A stretch of DNA of 64,000 nt from Laetmonice hystrix (lineage: Eukaryota): assembly GCA_965235115.1 (NCBI GenBank), contig OZ249446.1, forward strand, positions 14,012,001 through 14,076,000. The letters run 5' to 3'. Numbering within the stretch: position 1 is the stretch's first letter; every line of letters begins with the position of its first letter. Shown here piece by piece: positions 1 through 13,590 of the stretch. The notes under the pieces were generated by a model, which saw only the letters and a list, made by a program, of their open reading frames with translations, was not told where the DNA came from and made no database searches. A program made the translations under genes and the position numbers.

Positions 1-262
1 CATTGACTCCTTGACCCACATATCAACCGGCCCGGACCGCCACACCTGGATCCATACCAAACTCTTACATCGGTCTAATGACTTCTGTCATTGAAATCCG
101 ATTACTACAAGTGAATGTGTGAACCTTATTGTCCGGTCCTCACCCCGACTTAACTCCACCCTAATACAGATTCTATACCCCCTGCCCTCCTCCTACAGAT
201 ACCGACACAACACTTCACTTGGAAAAACAAACTCAAGGATTTTCAAGCATTAAATGTGTCAT
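1..262 (+). mobile_element. Decayed 3' end of a non-LTR retrotransposon ORF2 (CR1/L2-like), truncated by the window start
   Basis: Frameshifted translation gives H*NPITTSECVNLIVRSSPRLNST...DSIPPALLLQIPTQHFTWKNKLKDF. This follows the LINE ORF2 C-terminal pattern H.YNTR...NL.VP..RL.ST...WNSLP.....FK.KLK.F. AT-rich 3'UTR-like sequence follows. Confidence 0.6.
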
Positions 263-1504
263 GAATGTCATGTATATATTTCACATTGCTGTACATGGGA
301 ACAAGAGCGTAAAAATACCCCCTCCCCCCAAAAATGCTGCAGTCCTATACAATTTACATAACAGACATAAGATGTAGAATAGGCCATAACTTGGCTCATA
401 TCTCGACTCTGGGCCTTAATGTAAACTAAGCCCCCCCCCCCCCTCATCCCCTCATATATAGCCTGTCCGCTATTTATACATTTATCTGGCATTTATCTAG
501 TGCATGCACACCGTGCCCTGATCTGGTGGCCCATCGAAAGTAGGACAAGACTATCCAAGTACGGGTAGCAACCAGAGCAAGATCTCAGGGCAAACTTGTA
601 TAAAATTCAACTCCATACGTCTGTACACGGCACAGGTATACATACATACCTACATATAGCATATGGAATGTACGATCGCGGTCAGAGTATTAGCATACCT
701 GGCGGGGAATCACGTTGAATGGCGGTCAATGGCCCATATGATTCAAGTTCCCTTGAAGGCAGGGTGGGGGTCGGGGTAGCATATGAATGGAACGGTAGGG
801 ATTAACTATTCCCCCCACCCGCACCCCCACCCCCACCTCCACATGGACTACTGCCAGCGTGGCTACAGCTGATGATGGTGCAGTTCTTGTACCAGTCCAC
901 GTTTACCAACTCCAGTCTGCCACCAGAAAAACATATACACCAACTCTCCCCCAACCCTACCCCCTTTCTGTCCATCCAACTTGTACCGCTTGTCTTCCGG
1001 TACCAGGGGTACACACCCCCCTAATCAGGTTTCTCTAACCACCAGGCCAACCCTGAGCCGGGTAAATATACACGAGCACTGATATATGGCAGGGATATAG
1101 TATCTGTGTTGGTGGCCTTCTTCACTGATATTGCTCCTAAAGGTAGTTTTATTTCGTGCTGGCAGTGACCATACTCGGGCTGTTACAGGGCACGACATGC
1201 ATTCCTTCCTATGTCGTGTGCTGGCCTGTCTCCGCGCCAACCTCCTAAACACACCTCCCCACCGTGAGAGCTCCAAACGTCCCCTGCCAAAACCGACCAC
1301 CATGCATGCAGGCCCAAACTCAGATGACCCCACAACCCATACTGGTGACACACACCCGACACACACCCAACACACACACACACTGATGGTAAAGTCAGAA
1401 GTTGGTATACATACTCCGGTTGAACCCACCTTTCTGAAGCGGTTTTGGTTTTGGTAACGTGGTGGTAGAGGTGTAGCGTTCATCATGATATAATACTATG
1501 GTCG

Positions 1505-1806
1505 TGTCGGCGACCAGTCCCAGATACTGCCGCCGAGTCGGGGACACGTCACAAATCGTCGTCAGTGGCTACGTGCACCACCACCACCACCACCACCGAG
1601 CACCGCTAGGGACGTCACGGTACTGGTAGCGGGCGTGGGGGGGCCGGGGGGCCGGGGGGAGTGAGGGGGGAGCCCTGAGAGAGAGAGTTTACTCGGGACA
1701 CGGGCCAGCGACCGAGTGCTGCTATAACGTCTGGCGGTTCAAGTGAGAGTAGCGTTGAGAGAGTCCAATAAAACACCACAAGTCTGCTCTCTCTCACTCC
1801 CCGACA
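1505..1806 (+). mobile_element. Candidate solo LTR (~300 bp)
   Basis: Begins TGTCGG and ends CCGACA (6-bp terminal inverted repeat). It contains a TATA-like gctataac (~1722) and AATAAA (1767-1772) in LTR order. The 4-bp flanks gtcg/gacg differ by one base. Confidence 0.4.
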
Positions 1807-2283
1807 GACGGCCCGGCCACCATTGCCATGTCTGGTCCATGGCCCACAGCAAGCCTCAGTGAACATAGTGCAAAGTGCACACATGTATACACACATATAT
1901 ATATATGTACGATACAATACATACTGTAGTATAATACATACTGTAGTGTAGAGACATACTGATCCACTGCACTAACTCGTTTGGCAGAATGAATTCAAGG
2001 GATGACACAGACCTAGGTCTGGATCCAGGGGGTGGCCTGGGGGCACATACTCCCCTCGATCCGGTCGTACCTTATAGAATAACTGCCTGGGCCTCTTAAT
2101 TTAATATGCATGAAAATCATCTTTAAATTACCCCCCCCCCCCCCGAACATCCCTCTTGGTACATCATACATGTATCCCGCCCACTGATTCCTCATGCTAC
2201 AAGAAGCTGGAGGTGTAATCACCTAACCCCGACCAAAATTCACTCCTGCAACAAAGTTCTGGCGGCAGCAGCAACAAGCGGAC

Positions 2284-2367
2284 GCAGCAGCAGCAGCAGC
2301 AGTAGCAGTAGCAGCAGCAGCAGCAGCAGCAGAAGCAGAAGCAGCAGAAGCAGAAGCAGCAGCAGCA
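2284..2367. repeat. Compound (GCA)n/(GCAGTA)/(GCAGAA) microsatellite
   Basis: Directly visible. It produces the poly-Leu and poly-Cys ORFs on the minus strand. Confidence 0.95.
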
Positions 2368-2647
2368 TAGACCTATCCCCCACCCCCATGACATGCCGAG
2401 TTTGCCGCCCGGACTGCGCCTTCACCACGTCACCACGACTCCTGACCGTACAGATGGGTTTGAGCAATAGAAACGGTGATGTAACTGACAGTAGAAGATC
2501 AATGGATCAATACCACTGTCTGTCCGACTGACCACAGGCACGCCCCACCGACTGGTGGATACCAGCCACCAATCGGTTCTCCCACAGGATCATATTGTCA
2601 TGGTGATTGAATATCTCCGGCAATCACCTACTAATGGGTTTGTAGGG

Positions 2648-3263
2648 TGACAGCTTCTAAACCCTGGTCTGTATGACAGGGGTCCACTGACAGCTTCTAC
2701 ACCCTGGTCTATATGACAGGGGTCCACTGACAGAGCTCTTCAACACCCTGGTCTGTATGACAGGGGTCCACTGACAGCTTCTACACCCTGGTCTGTATGA
2801 CAGGGGTCCCAGGCTGACTGACAGCTTCTACACCCATAGTCTGTATGACAGGGGTCCACTGACAGCTTCTACACCCTGGTCTGTATGACAGGGGTCCACT
2901 GACAGTTTCTACACCCTGGTCTGTATGACAGGGGTCCCAGGCTGACTGACAGCTTCTACACCATAGTCTGTATGACAGGGGTCCCAGGCTGACTGACAGC
3001 TTCTACACCCTGGTCTGTATGACAGGGGTCCCGGGATGGCTGACAGCTTCTACACCCTGGTCTGTATGACAGGGGTCCCGGGATGGCTGACAGCTTCTAC
3101 ATCCTGGTCTGTATGACAGGAGTCCCGGGATGGCTGACAGCTTCTACACCCTGGTCTGTATGACAGGGGTCCAAGGCTGACTGACAGCTTCTACACCCTG
3201 GTCTGTATGACAGGGGTCCAAGGCTGACTGACAGCTTCTACACTTGGTCTGTATGACAGGGTT
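2648..3263. repeat. Minisatellite, ~37-44 bp unit (ctgacagcttctacaccctggtctgtatgacaggggtcc[caggctga])
   Basis: About 14 visible tandem units with short indel variants. Confidence 0.95.
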
Positions 3264-3999
3264 CCCAGGGTGAATGATAGTCACCTTCCCCTACCCTGTA
3301 TGATAGGGAGTCCCATGGTGAATGAAGTCAGACACCTTCGCCTACCCTGTATGACAGGGGTCCCAGGGTGAATGATAGTCACCTTCGCCTACCCTGTATG
3401 GCAGGGAGTCCCAAGATGAATGAAGTCAAACACCTTCGCCTACCCTGTACGATAGGGAGTCCCAGGGTGAATGATAGTCACCTTCGCCTACCCTGTATGG
3501 CAGGGAGTCCCAGGGTGAATGAAGTCAAACACCTTCGCATACCCTGTATGACAGGGAGTCCCAGGGTGACTGATAGACACCTTCCCCTACCCTGTATGAC
3601 AGGGAGTCCCAGGGTGAATGATAGACACCTTCCCCTACCCTGTATGACAGGGAGTCCCAGGGTGAATGATAGACACCTTCCCCTACCCTGTATGACAGGG
3701 AGTCCCAGGGTGACTGATAGACACCTTCCCCTACCCTGTATGACAGGGAGTCCCAGGGTGAATGATAGACACCTTCGCCTACCCTGTATGACAGGGAGTC
3801 CCAGGGTGAATGATAGACACCTTCCCCTACCCTGTATGACAGGGAGTCCCAGGGTGAATGATAGACACCTTCCCCTACCCTGTATGACAGGGAGTCCCAG
3901 GGTGAATGAAGTCAGACACCTTCCCCTACCCTGTATGACAGGGGTCCCAGGGTGACTGATAGACACCTTCCCCTAACCTGTATGGCAGGGAGTCCCAGG
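3264..3999. repeat. Minisatellite, 48-bp unit (cccagggtgaatgatagacaccttcccctaccctgtatgacagggagt), ~15 copies
   Basis: Tandem units are visible, with some 51-bp variants. Shares ctgtatgacaggg with the adjacent array. It explains ORFs 3368-3955 and 3478-3966. Confidence 0.95.
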
Positions 4000-6099
4000 C
4001 CCTCAGGTTGTCATCCATCGTGTCCCAGGGTGACGCTGGGACACAATCAATGATCCCGACCAAACCAGTTTGATATTGCTCCCAGTCACTCACTCCTTCC
4101 TATAGTTTTTGTGGTAAGAAGTAAGATGATTGTATTTTTACTGCTATATTTAACATTTATACTTCCTTTTTTTCAGAGTGCTCGGTCCACCAGTAAATCA
4201 TGTCGGGTTACGTCGTCCAAACAACGACAGACATTCTTCTTCTTTTTTTTTATTAAGAACGCCAATAAGTCGTGTTTTTATTGTTTAATATTTGTGTCTT
4301 TGTCTGTACAATATATTTTGTATTTATTAAACCTGCCCAGAGAGGCCGTCTTTGTTAGGTGTATGATAACACAGAAGAATATTCCTTATCCTAGATGTAT
4401 TGTGACTAATCGACCTCCAACAATTATACACCTGCCGATAAGGTGACGTCAGGGAGCAACATTACATATCGACTTGTGACCTTGGCTTGAACTCTTGGAC
4501 CCTAACATCACGTGACCATCTTGGGCGTCCCCTGAGTGGGGAATCACTGAGGCGGAACGTTTCAAGGATCCTACACTCTCAAGTGGACTATGTGTAGATA
4601 AAAACGGCTTCACGAAGTGAGCCATGGTTGACAGTCAAAACAACCGTGTTCAGATAGCAGAGGAGAAAACCATCTCCCCCCCCCCCCCCAAATATCTGTA
4701 CGCCTTCGCTGTTTACGGCAAACAGTCTGGGCGGTCCAAACGACAGCGGCACGGTCTAATTGGTGGCCATCACGGTCGACTGATCAATATGACGTCACTG
4801 GGCCTGACTTGTGGAGGTGGTGGGCTGGCGGGGTAACATATACAACCCGCCTTTGTTTCCTGGGATCGGGGCGTGCGACCCAACTGATTACTTCCTGGGA
4901 ACCAGGAAGGAGGGTTGGTGGTTTTACGCCGAAAAGCATGATAAAAATACTATAAGTTAGACAAGGGACCTATCCCCAGTACCTAAATAGACTGTAGTAT
5001 AAGCATACAAGATATGGCTATAACATAACATGGTTGTGCCTAGTTTGCTGAGAGTAAGTAACCGAACCTTTGACAAGGTCTAAAATGACAGCCCCACCTA
5101 CGATCAAACGGTGAACCAGGAAGGTAAAATTACTGTTAGGCCTTATCCAAATATCGTCCCCAGATAGCTGGGACACTTCCGGGTGACAAACCAGGCTTCA
5201 ATAAATCCAGTCGATATTTGTTGAGGGCTTAGTGATATTATGTCATAACGGACTCAATACAACGATCCTTCTGGTTGGGCTTAATCAATGAGGCCGTGTA
5301 TGGGAACGATGAGAAAACAGGCACTCTTCTCCAAAACAATAATAAAATACAATATTTTAAATTACATTTCCATTTTTACACAATTTTGTTTCTTTCCTGT
5401 TTACATGGTTTCTGTAATATCCTATCCACTTTAAAAAATTATTTTTCTCCATTGCCATAATCCTTCTCACCATAATCAGTGTTTATAACAAAAAGAGACT
5501 CCAAGACGGTATTTCACTCAATCCTGAGGTTTAATGGAATGAAATTTCAGTACAAAGTTGAAATACATAAGTTGGAAGACAGATATATTGGCAACGAAAT
5601 ACCAAAAGAATCACATAGATTATCTCGACGGGTGCAGTGCATGCCGATGTGAGCATCCCGCTTTCATTGTCAATTTTCCCATTGGGTTATACGTTGTGTA
5701 TAATTACACATAAATAATTCATAGCTAAATAAATTAATTAGTTCATTGAACGACATCGTTGCGTTTCTTCTTTTGTTTGGTATAATTATGTGACTTGGCT
5801 CCTTGTATTCCGATCTGTGCCCTGGGTGAGGTCATATCTACTAGTGGTCACTGGTGGCGACAGGTGGGGGTTGGGGGGACCGGCTGGTCAGTGAGGTCAG
5901 CACACAGCCACGGGACCGGGGCCAGTTTCTGACCACCACCTCCACCACATAGATATGTCATTAGGTCACTGCCTCCATATCAACGTTAGCAGACCGTTAC
6001 TGAGTGTTATGTGATCGCTGACGTCATTTAATGGTGACCACCTCGCGGACAAGTTCAACACCTAGTGCCGGTGGTCACTGGGCCTCCCAACATCTTGAA

Positions 6100-6245
6100 C
6101 CTCTCACCGAATCATGTGAGAGAAGGTTTGTAAGCTTCCTGCCCTCAGTTCGATGGTTTCCGCCGGATACTCCAGTTTTCTCTGCCAGTAAAAGCTGACT
6201 GCCTTGATATAACTTTTGGTGCCGTAAATCCAAATCCAAATCTAA
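6100..6245 (+). mobile_element. SINE remnant (central domain and 3' tail)
   Basis: gtgagagaaggtttg...ggtttccgccggatactccagttttctctgcc...aaagctgactgccttgatataac...aaatccaaatccaaa resembles the GGTTTCCTCCGGGTACTCCGGTTTCCTC core of widespread invertebrate SINEs and ends in a short repeat tail. No tRNA head is seen. Confidence 0.55.
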
Positions 6246-9200
6246 GGTCAACACTGAGTTCGTATCTGACCTGTATCTAATCAGGACCTAACCAATATGT
6301 CACCAATATCTGAGAGGTCCTTAACGCTATTTTCTAATAATTATTATACATATATCTATCCAAGGTAATGTTATCCGCGGGGCTGAAATGTTTGCCACAA
6401 TGGCACCAGATACATACAAATGTGATCAGTTTATCCCACGGCGAATTAACTAAAGAACACACGGCTCTGAGGAAGACAATGGCCACTTAACACACTTAAT
6501 GTGGTTATTGATGGCCAGGTGTGCACTTGTCAATCTGACACCAAAGTCAAGGATTTTACTGCCCTCCGCCCCAACCTTGACAACAAAGGTAATCTAAATA
6601 TTCTCCAGTTTGACAACAAGCAATCCCTACCGCTGACAACAAAAGTATGGGAGAGGATTAAGGTATGTTGATAACAATACCTGTGGGATTAACACAAAAC
6701 AAACTTTGATCTTGATCCAGGGAGATTAGACTGACAAAGCTGACACTGTTCCTCCACCATACTGACGATAGACGGCGAGGTGAGACAACAGGTCCTACTG
6801 AAGTCTCCTTGTGTTAATCCTCAAGGATAACAACATGACTTCGTTATTTTATACCACACCAATCCCAGCCAGGGAATGTCTGGCCAATCATTCCGGCACT
6901 GTACGACTAGTATTGTGTGCCGTCAATAGTTACAGTAGGATTTCAGTGCGGTGGTGCACGTTTCTGCACGTGTATAATCACGTGCATTGCATGCATACCT
7001 AACCAATGTGTGCCTGGGGTGTGGGTGTAGGTATGGGTGGGTGTTGTCATGGGTGCGAGTCGCTTGGCTGTGTGTATTGTACGTAAACTGACAGATTTAT
7101 ACCTCGATCTGCGCTGTTGTTACTTGTATTAAATATGCATCTGATTTCTCAAACCGAGACAAAGGTTCCAGCTGCACCTCGCAAATCAAACCTTTGTATT
7201 GGACCGTTGTCATCATAATTTTGTAGCACCGAAAGAAGGTCACACCAAAACGATCAGTGTTAATATACCTCCTGGTATGTACCCGTGCCAATGTACCGTA
7301 TACCCCGGTATCATGTACCGGTACCTCATCGCACCCACATTTGGATCAGACCTACACCCATTCAACGTCCCCCTACCCATCATTGCGAGGGATCCCAACC
7401 CAACGACCGAACTCAAAGAACACTCAAGGATTTCACTGCTGCACAGATTCCGCCAAAACCCCTCGCTACAAATAATGATGCAGAACTTAGCGAAACGGTA
7501 AATAAATGAATGCGTGGTAAAACTGAGGATGGACCATCCTCTCAAAGTTTAATTTTCATGATACGATTATTTCACTCGTTCTAGGAGAATTCTCTCATTC
7601 TCCAGCCCTCCCCGGTAGGGGGGGGGGGAGGCCACGTCAGATTGACAAGTCAAACCTCTTTCTTATCCCCACCTCTGTGAAAGCCATCCCGCCCCGCTCC
7701 CAGGCTTTCTATCGCCCGTCAAACGGACGGATTCCTTCAAATTAAACTCTCTAATTGGGACCGCGGTGGCCGTTACCGTTTGAACGCCTTTTTCTTTCAA
7801 TTCCATTAAATACACTGTAAGATACGCCAAGTGCAAAACGGTCACACGCTGTGCCCCCTCCCACAACCCCCGCCCCCCCCCCCCTCCAGCCCCCAACCCC
7901 CTTTAATCCGGAGTTTAGTGTGTTCAAAACCCCCCAGCGGAGCAGGATCCCACCTGCTGAGCCCTCAATCTTCTTAGGTCGCGAGAGCTACTCTTAACTA
8001 TGAATTGCACGCTTTCAGAATATCATATTTACATATAATCACCATAAAATGGCCACTGGGATTTTAGCATATTCACAAAACAATCTATTCTGATTATAGT
8101 ATATGATGATAGTCGTATAGGTTTGGGAGACAGAGACTTCGTGCGGTGCATTATGTCTCCCACTGAACCTAACATACACCATCAAGCTACTGTTGGTATG
8201 TGAAAACACACAGGGCAGTTTCAACCTTTCTCAATTAGTAACTTCATAAACATGTAAATTTATACGCTTCAGTAAATCTAAGCAATATGACCCGGACAAG
8301 TGATATAACCCACAAACAATACCAGTGGCTGCCACTGTAATGACCACATATAACTCTCGTACACTTAGAAAGCTGCAAACTGTACACTTTTACTTTGGTG
8401 CCGTGGAACATTGCAAGAAGTGCTTTTTTGGGGCTTCTTCATTTTTAAAGCACACAAACTCAATTCCGACACTCCCTGGCAATCGCCGCCCACTTCTATT
8501 TTTTCCTCACCAAGTCCACAACTCTCACTCGTCCAACAGCTTAACAACATTTTCACTAGCTCAGGAAAATGACATTTTTACAAATCGAGTTCTACTGTTG
8601 TGCCACATGAAATTCATTTTCTCGGCTTCAACACAACCGAGCAAAAACGGTATTCAGACAAGGAAACACCAAACATCTCCAGCCATTGTCCCACTAATGA
8701 CGGCTGCATTTCTTTCACCCATACCTCGCGTTTTTCCCCAATTTTTGTTGGGAATTGAACAACTCTGGCCTGCAGCTAGTACAGCGCGGTGGACACGCCC
8801 AAAAACTAACACGTTGGACTGTTTGCTGTGGTAGAAGTACTTTTCCATGCTGCTGGTACCCACGATTAGCAAGCAGTGCAGATTCAGTGGTACCGTGACC
8901 AGCTGGGCGTCTTATTTGATGTGTGTGGGTATGTATACATATTATGTACCCAGCCCTGGCCGTGGCTGGTCGGGGGGTTCAGCCCCCTCCCCCAACTCTA
9001 CAGTGACATCAAAGACCGTGGCCAGCACACCATACCACAACCACTGACGGGCATTCCCGACATACCGCATTCCCAACCATGCGCCACCTATCGGCATATC
9101 AACTCATTCATTTGGGTCAACGACCAGGTCCACCCGTGTCCCCTGGGGGTCAAAAGGTCGGACTGTCTCAAATCTAGGCCAGACATATCGGTCAGGAAAA

Positions 9201-10313
9201 GATGTCAAGGTCACGGCAGGAGGTCAGGGGATAAGACCCTGCTCAGGTTTCGTGACCCTTGTACTCAACATTTGGTTCTGCCAACAAGGAAGAAGGACAT
9301 CCAACCTGACCAACTGCTATGGCCCTTATAGTTCCTGCCCCTTCCCACTTTCTCTCACAATCCCCAGCCAAAAGTAATCCTTTCATAGAAAAAAAACGCA
9401 ACCTCCATGCCTTCACATAAATTTTCTCTGAGAAGTTTTGTCTAAGACCGTCTCGTAATTTCACCAAACACTTCCCCCAACGTCGGTGCGACATTAATAG
9501 AACAAATATACTTCTAAAAAGTCCCCATGCAGTATATATCCGATTCGCCATCTGAGAGGAATTACAATTAACTCTCTGTTATCTGTCTGGTCTTTCCGTA
9601 CAATGCCTTTTGTAGTTCTTGGGGAAATGTTTTCACCAACTCCATTCCAACGACGTCGGTTTTCAAAAATACTCCTTCACCTTGGACCTGAACTCCTTTC
9701 AAAGTCTCCTGTATAAGTCATCTAAACAAAAACAATATACTCGTTCCAAAGACGGCATTTTCTTTCCTGTTTTGTTTAGACCGACAAAGGACCCGACAAC
9801 CTTTCAACCATCACCCGCGACATTTCCAATTTCAACGCTACAGCTCCTGGAAAAGTCATCAAGTCATAACTCAATAAAGTCCCATAAGGTCCCCCAACCG
9901 TACAGTGGATATTTATTTGAACTGAGTGAGGTGCCCCGTCAGTGTGTACATTATCACACACATGTTAGTACCTGTCACTCCATTCAGCACACTTGACTTC
10001 ATTTATACCACAGCCGGGAACCAGTTCACGGTTTTCCCCCAAAGTTTCCACTCCCTTAGTGTCGGTGTAAACGATATACGAGACGAGTCACGACACCGGG
10101 ACGCCCCCTGGCAGCAGTTCCTAGAACTAGGGCGGGTTCCGACCACACTCTCCCGCCAACAGACGGGGAATGCTCATCTGGGCAGACGCTTTCAGTGGTC
10201 GTCATGGGGATAGTTAGTGACTGTTTCACAATAGACATTTTCTTTTTTTCTACATTTTCAACATAAAAAAACACTTATGGTCTAGTGATTATCAGAGTAA
10301 GTCACTTTCCTAC

Positions 10314-10365
10314 CCTTCTTGTGAATGGCTCAGCTTGGCATCACGAAATATTTGGAACTCCTTAC
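10314..10365 (-). other. Candidate recursive splice site with a 52-nt cryptic RS exon
   Basis: Minus strand: tattaacatgtacgttacttttgtatgttgcag|GTAAGG (AG/GT junction at 10366/10365). A second donor, aagg|GTAGGA, follows 52 nt later. The RS exon has a TGA in phase 0. Confidence 0.65.
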
Positions 10366-10414
10366 CTGCAACATACAAAAGTAACGTACATGTTAATACA
10401 AGTTATCTTACTAA

Positions 10415-10723
10415 CCCCAGCGTTATTCCTGTCACACCTAAGATCAGCCACCTCTACCCCAGCGTTATTCCTGTCACACCTGAGATCAGCCACCTCTACC
10501 CCAGCGTTATTCCTGTCACACCTGAGATCAGCCACCTCTACCCCAGCGTTATTCCTGTCACACCTGAGATCAGCCACCTCTGCCCCAGCGTTATTTCTGT
10601 CACACCTGAGATCAGCCACCTCTACCCCAGCGTTATTCCTGTCAGACCTAAGATCAGCCACCTCTACCCCAGCGTTATTTCTGTCACACCTGAGATCAGC
10701 CACCTCTGCCCCAGCGTTATTCC
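10415..10723. repeat. Minisatellite, 42-bp unit, ~7 copies
   Basis: ccccagcgttattcctgtcacacctgagatcagccacctcta repeated. It explains ORFs 10285-10776, 10335-10820 and 10362-10703. Confidence 0.95.
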
Positions 10724-12134
10724 CCCAGCCAAAAGCTCTAACAAAGTATTCCTCATTAACGCTATGTTCCTTGTGATTGCCATGGAGCCCTATACTATAT
10801 CCCTAGTAGTCTTGACCTAAGCCATATTACCTAAACGCCTGTTCCCAGAAATAATCATTTCTCATGCAAAGCGACGCTAAGATTTCACCCAGCTTCGCGG
10901 CTTTTCCACTTTGAAGCAATCTTTCACGTTCAAAACAACAAGATAATTTAAGATGATGCCAATATAGATTTCTTTTTGATTCCAACCTCCGCGGACTGGA
11001 CGGTTCGTTCACGCCGGCCTATAGCCCTCTACCGTCCATCTTGATGTCTGATGACCTGAACACCTCCAGAAAACATTGGGTTACCGGTCATAGGTATCTT
11101 CTTTATAACTTATTGTGAAGTGGGGACGACAGGCGACCCCCCCCCCCCCCCCCCAAGTACGGCACTGATTGTACATTTCTGGCTTCCGTCACACCTACGC
11201 ATGTTTAACGACCATGTATACATATATCAAACAAATCCTGCCTTTAGGTGAGTCTCGCATCAAATTGAAGTTAGTATTTTGCTCGTGTTTTGATAGGAAG
11301 TATTTTGTAGAATGTTGTGAAAGTCTGCAGGGATATTTCCCCCCACCCGAGTCGCGTACAGCACTTTCTGTTGTGCAGCCCCACGGTTGGACAACAACAC
11401 TTTATGATAAAACTGTTGACGGAAGGCAGGATGATCGGGTTTATATCACGGCTACATTATATGTCTCGAAAGGAAAGGAACAGTAAATATAGAATTAACT
11501 TAGCTATGGTGTTCTGAAAAAAACGATATGTCTTCAGATAATAGAATAAGTTCTTTGACATTTATTAATAGTTTAGCTTGGAGTGTTCTCATTACTTTAG
11601 ATCGAGCCAAAACTTTGAGGGTGAGAAATGGCAGTTACTAACTTCATTATGATGTTAGCGTCACCTAAAGGCAGGTTTTGATGTGTGTGGATACTCAGGT
11701 TAAGAAATCAACATGAAATAAACGGAACTTGGTTCGCCTAAAATATACAAAGCACGCTATACTAAATACTGTTCGAACCTAACACATGTGTTAACATGAT
11801 CAAAACGACTTCTGTAATACGCATGGGTTTTATACAAGCCTAGGTTTTGAATTGGTGAAGGATGTAAAATCCTTTACATCTCCATCACTACCGGTATATA
11901 TCTATGGAAACATTCGACCACGATATCCTAAAAGAAAACGACTAGAGCTGAGAAAAGGCGCTAGTGTTACCATGTCGGAGACTTGATTCGTGGAGGATGA
12001 GGAGCGGGAAGATTCCAGGAACCGTGGAGGTGGGCCAGACCGCTGACCCAGGACCTCTGCCCCCCATACACACACACACCCAAAGTGACTGAAACCACCT
12101 GGCTCAGCGCGTGCGGCTCCCGCTGCCACACCTG

Positions 12135-12149
12135 GTTCCTAATGGCAAC
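12135..12149. promoter_or_regulatory. RFX X-box-like motif
   Basis: GTTCCTAATGGCAAC, an imperfect match to GTNRCC(N0-3)RGYAAC. Confidence 0.3.
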
Positions 12150-12351
12150 CAGATGGGAGGTAACAGAAGACTAGAGTGTGCACAAGATGAACGATATCTG
12201 CTTTCTCCGGCGACCTTGATTAGCCGCGGTTGATAAAAGATCTGACCGCAAAAGTCAGGGTTGGTTCGTTCTTGGAGGAATAAGGTTCTTCCAACTGGGA
12301 ACGGTTTGGGCATGCTACATGGGTCTCTCCCAGGGTTGGCGTATCGCAATG

Positions 12352-13590
12352 GTGTCTGCAGACACGCTGTCCTGTCAGCCTACTGTCTGTAGACACGCTG
12401 TCCTGTCAGCCTACTGTCTGTAGACACGCTGTCCTGTCAGCCTACTGTCTGTAGACACGCTGTCCTGTCAGCCTACTGTCTGTAGACAGGCTGTCCTGTC
12501 AGCCTACTGTCTGTAGACACGCTGTCCTGTCAGCCTACTGTCTGTAGACACGCTGTCCTGTCAGCCTACTGTCTGTAGACAGGCTGTCCTGTCAGCCTAC
12601 TGTCTGTAGACAGGCTGTTCTGTCAGCCTACTGTCTGTAGACACGCTGTCCTGTCAGCCTACTGTCTGTAGACAGGCTGTCCTGTCAGCCTACTGTCTGT
12701 AGACAGGCTGTCCTGTCAGCCTACTGTCTGTAGACACGCTGTCCTGTCAGCCTACTGTCTGTAGACAGGCTGTCCTGTCAGCCTACTGTCTGTAGACAGG
12801 CTGTTCTGTCAGCCTACTGTCTGTAGACACGCTGTCCTGTCAGCCTACTGTCTGTAGAGACACTATCCTGTCAGCCTACTGTCTGTAGACAGGCTGTTCT
12901 GTCAGCCTACTGCCTGTAGAAACGCTGTCCCGTCGGCCTACTGTCTGTAGACAGGCTGTTCTGTCAGCCTACTGCCTGTAGACAGGCTGTTCTGTCGGCC
13001 TACTGTCTGTAGACAGGCTGTTCTGTAGACATTGTCATGTCAGCTCAGCCTGCTGTCTGTAGACAGGCTGTTCTGTCAGCCTACTGCCTGTAGAAACGCT
13101 GTCCCGTCGGCCTACTGTCTGTAGACAGGCTGTTCTGTAGACACGGGCATGTCAGCTCAGCCTGCTGTCTGTAGACATTGTCATGTCCGCTCAGCCTGCT
13201 GTCTGTAGACAGGCTGTTCTGTCAGCCTGCTGTCTGTGGCTGTTCTGTCAGCCTGCTGTCTGTAGACAGGCTGTTCTGTCAGCCTGCTGTCTGTAGACAT
13301 GCTGTTCTGTCAGCCTCCAGTCAACCTTCTGTCTGTAGACACGCTGCCCTGTCAGCATGCTGTCTGTAGACACGCTGTCCTGTCAGCTCAGCCTACTGTC
13401 TGTAGACACAATGCACAGCTTTCCGACAAAGTGTCCTCGTTGTCCTGTCAGACTGTTGTGTACCGTCCGGTAAGGCTCCTGCCTGCAGACAGGTTGTTCT
13501 GTCAGCTTGCTGTCTGTAGACACACTATCCTGTTAGCCGTCTGTCTGCAGACAGGCTGTTCTGTCAGCCTGTTGTCTGTATCTCAGCATA
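12352..13590. repeat. Minisatellite, 31-bp unit (gtagacacgctgtcctgtcagcctactgtct), decaying towards the right
   Basis: Homogeneous for about 600 bp, then progressively divergent. Confidence 0.95.

Noticed and set aside
2240-2467. Signal-peptide-like poly-Leu ORF
   Set aside because: It is produced by the CAG-type microsatellite, ends in a stop, and has no convincing splice sites.
4111-4446. Plus-strand exon after ttcctttttttcag
   Set aside because: The acceptor is good, but the frames close quickly, there is no matching donor, and no partner exons are found.
8325-9996. Decayed transposase/integrase on the minus strand
   Set aside because: There are only isolated protein-like fragments (e.g. 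KDYFWLGI), with no consistent motif order or spacing.
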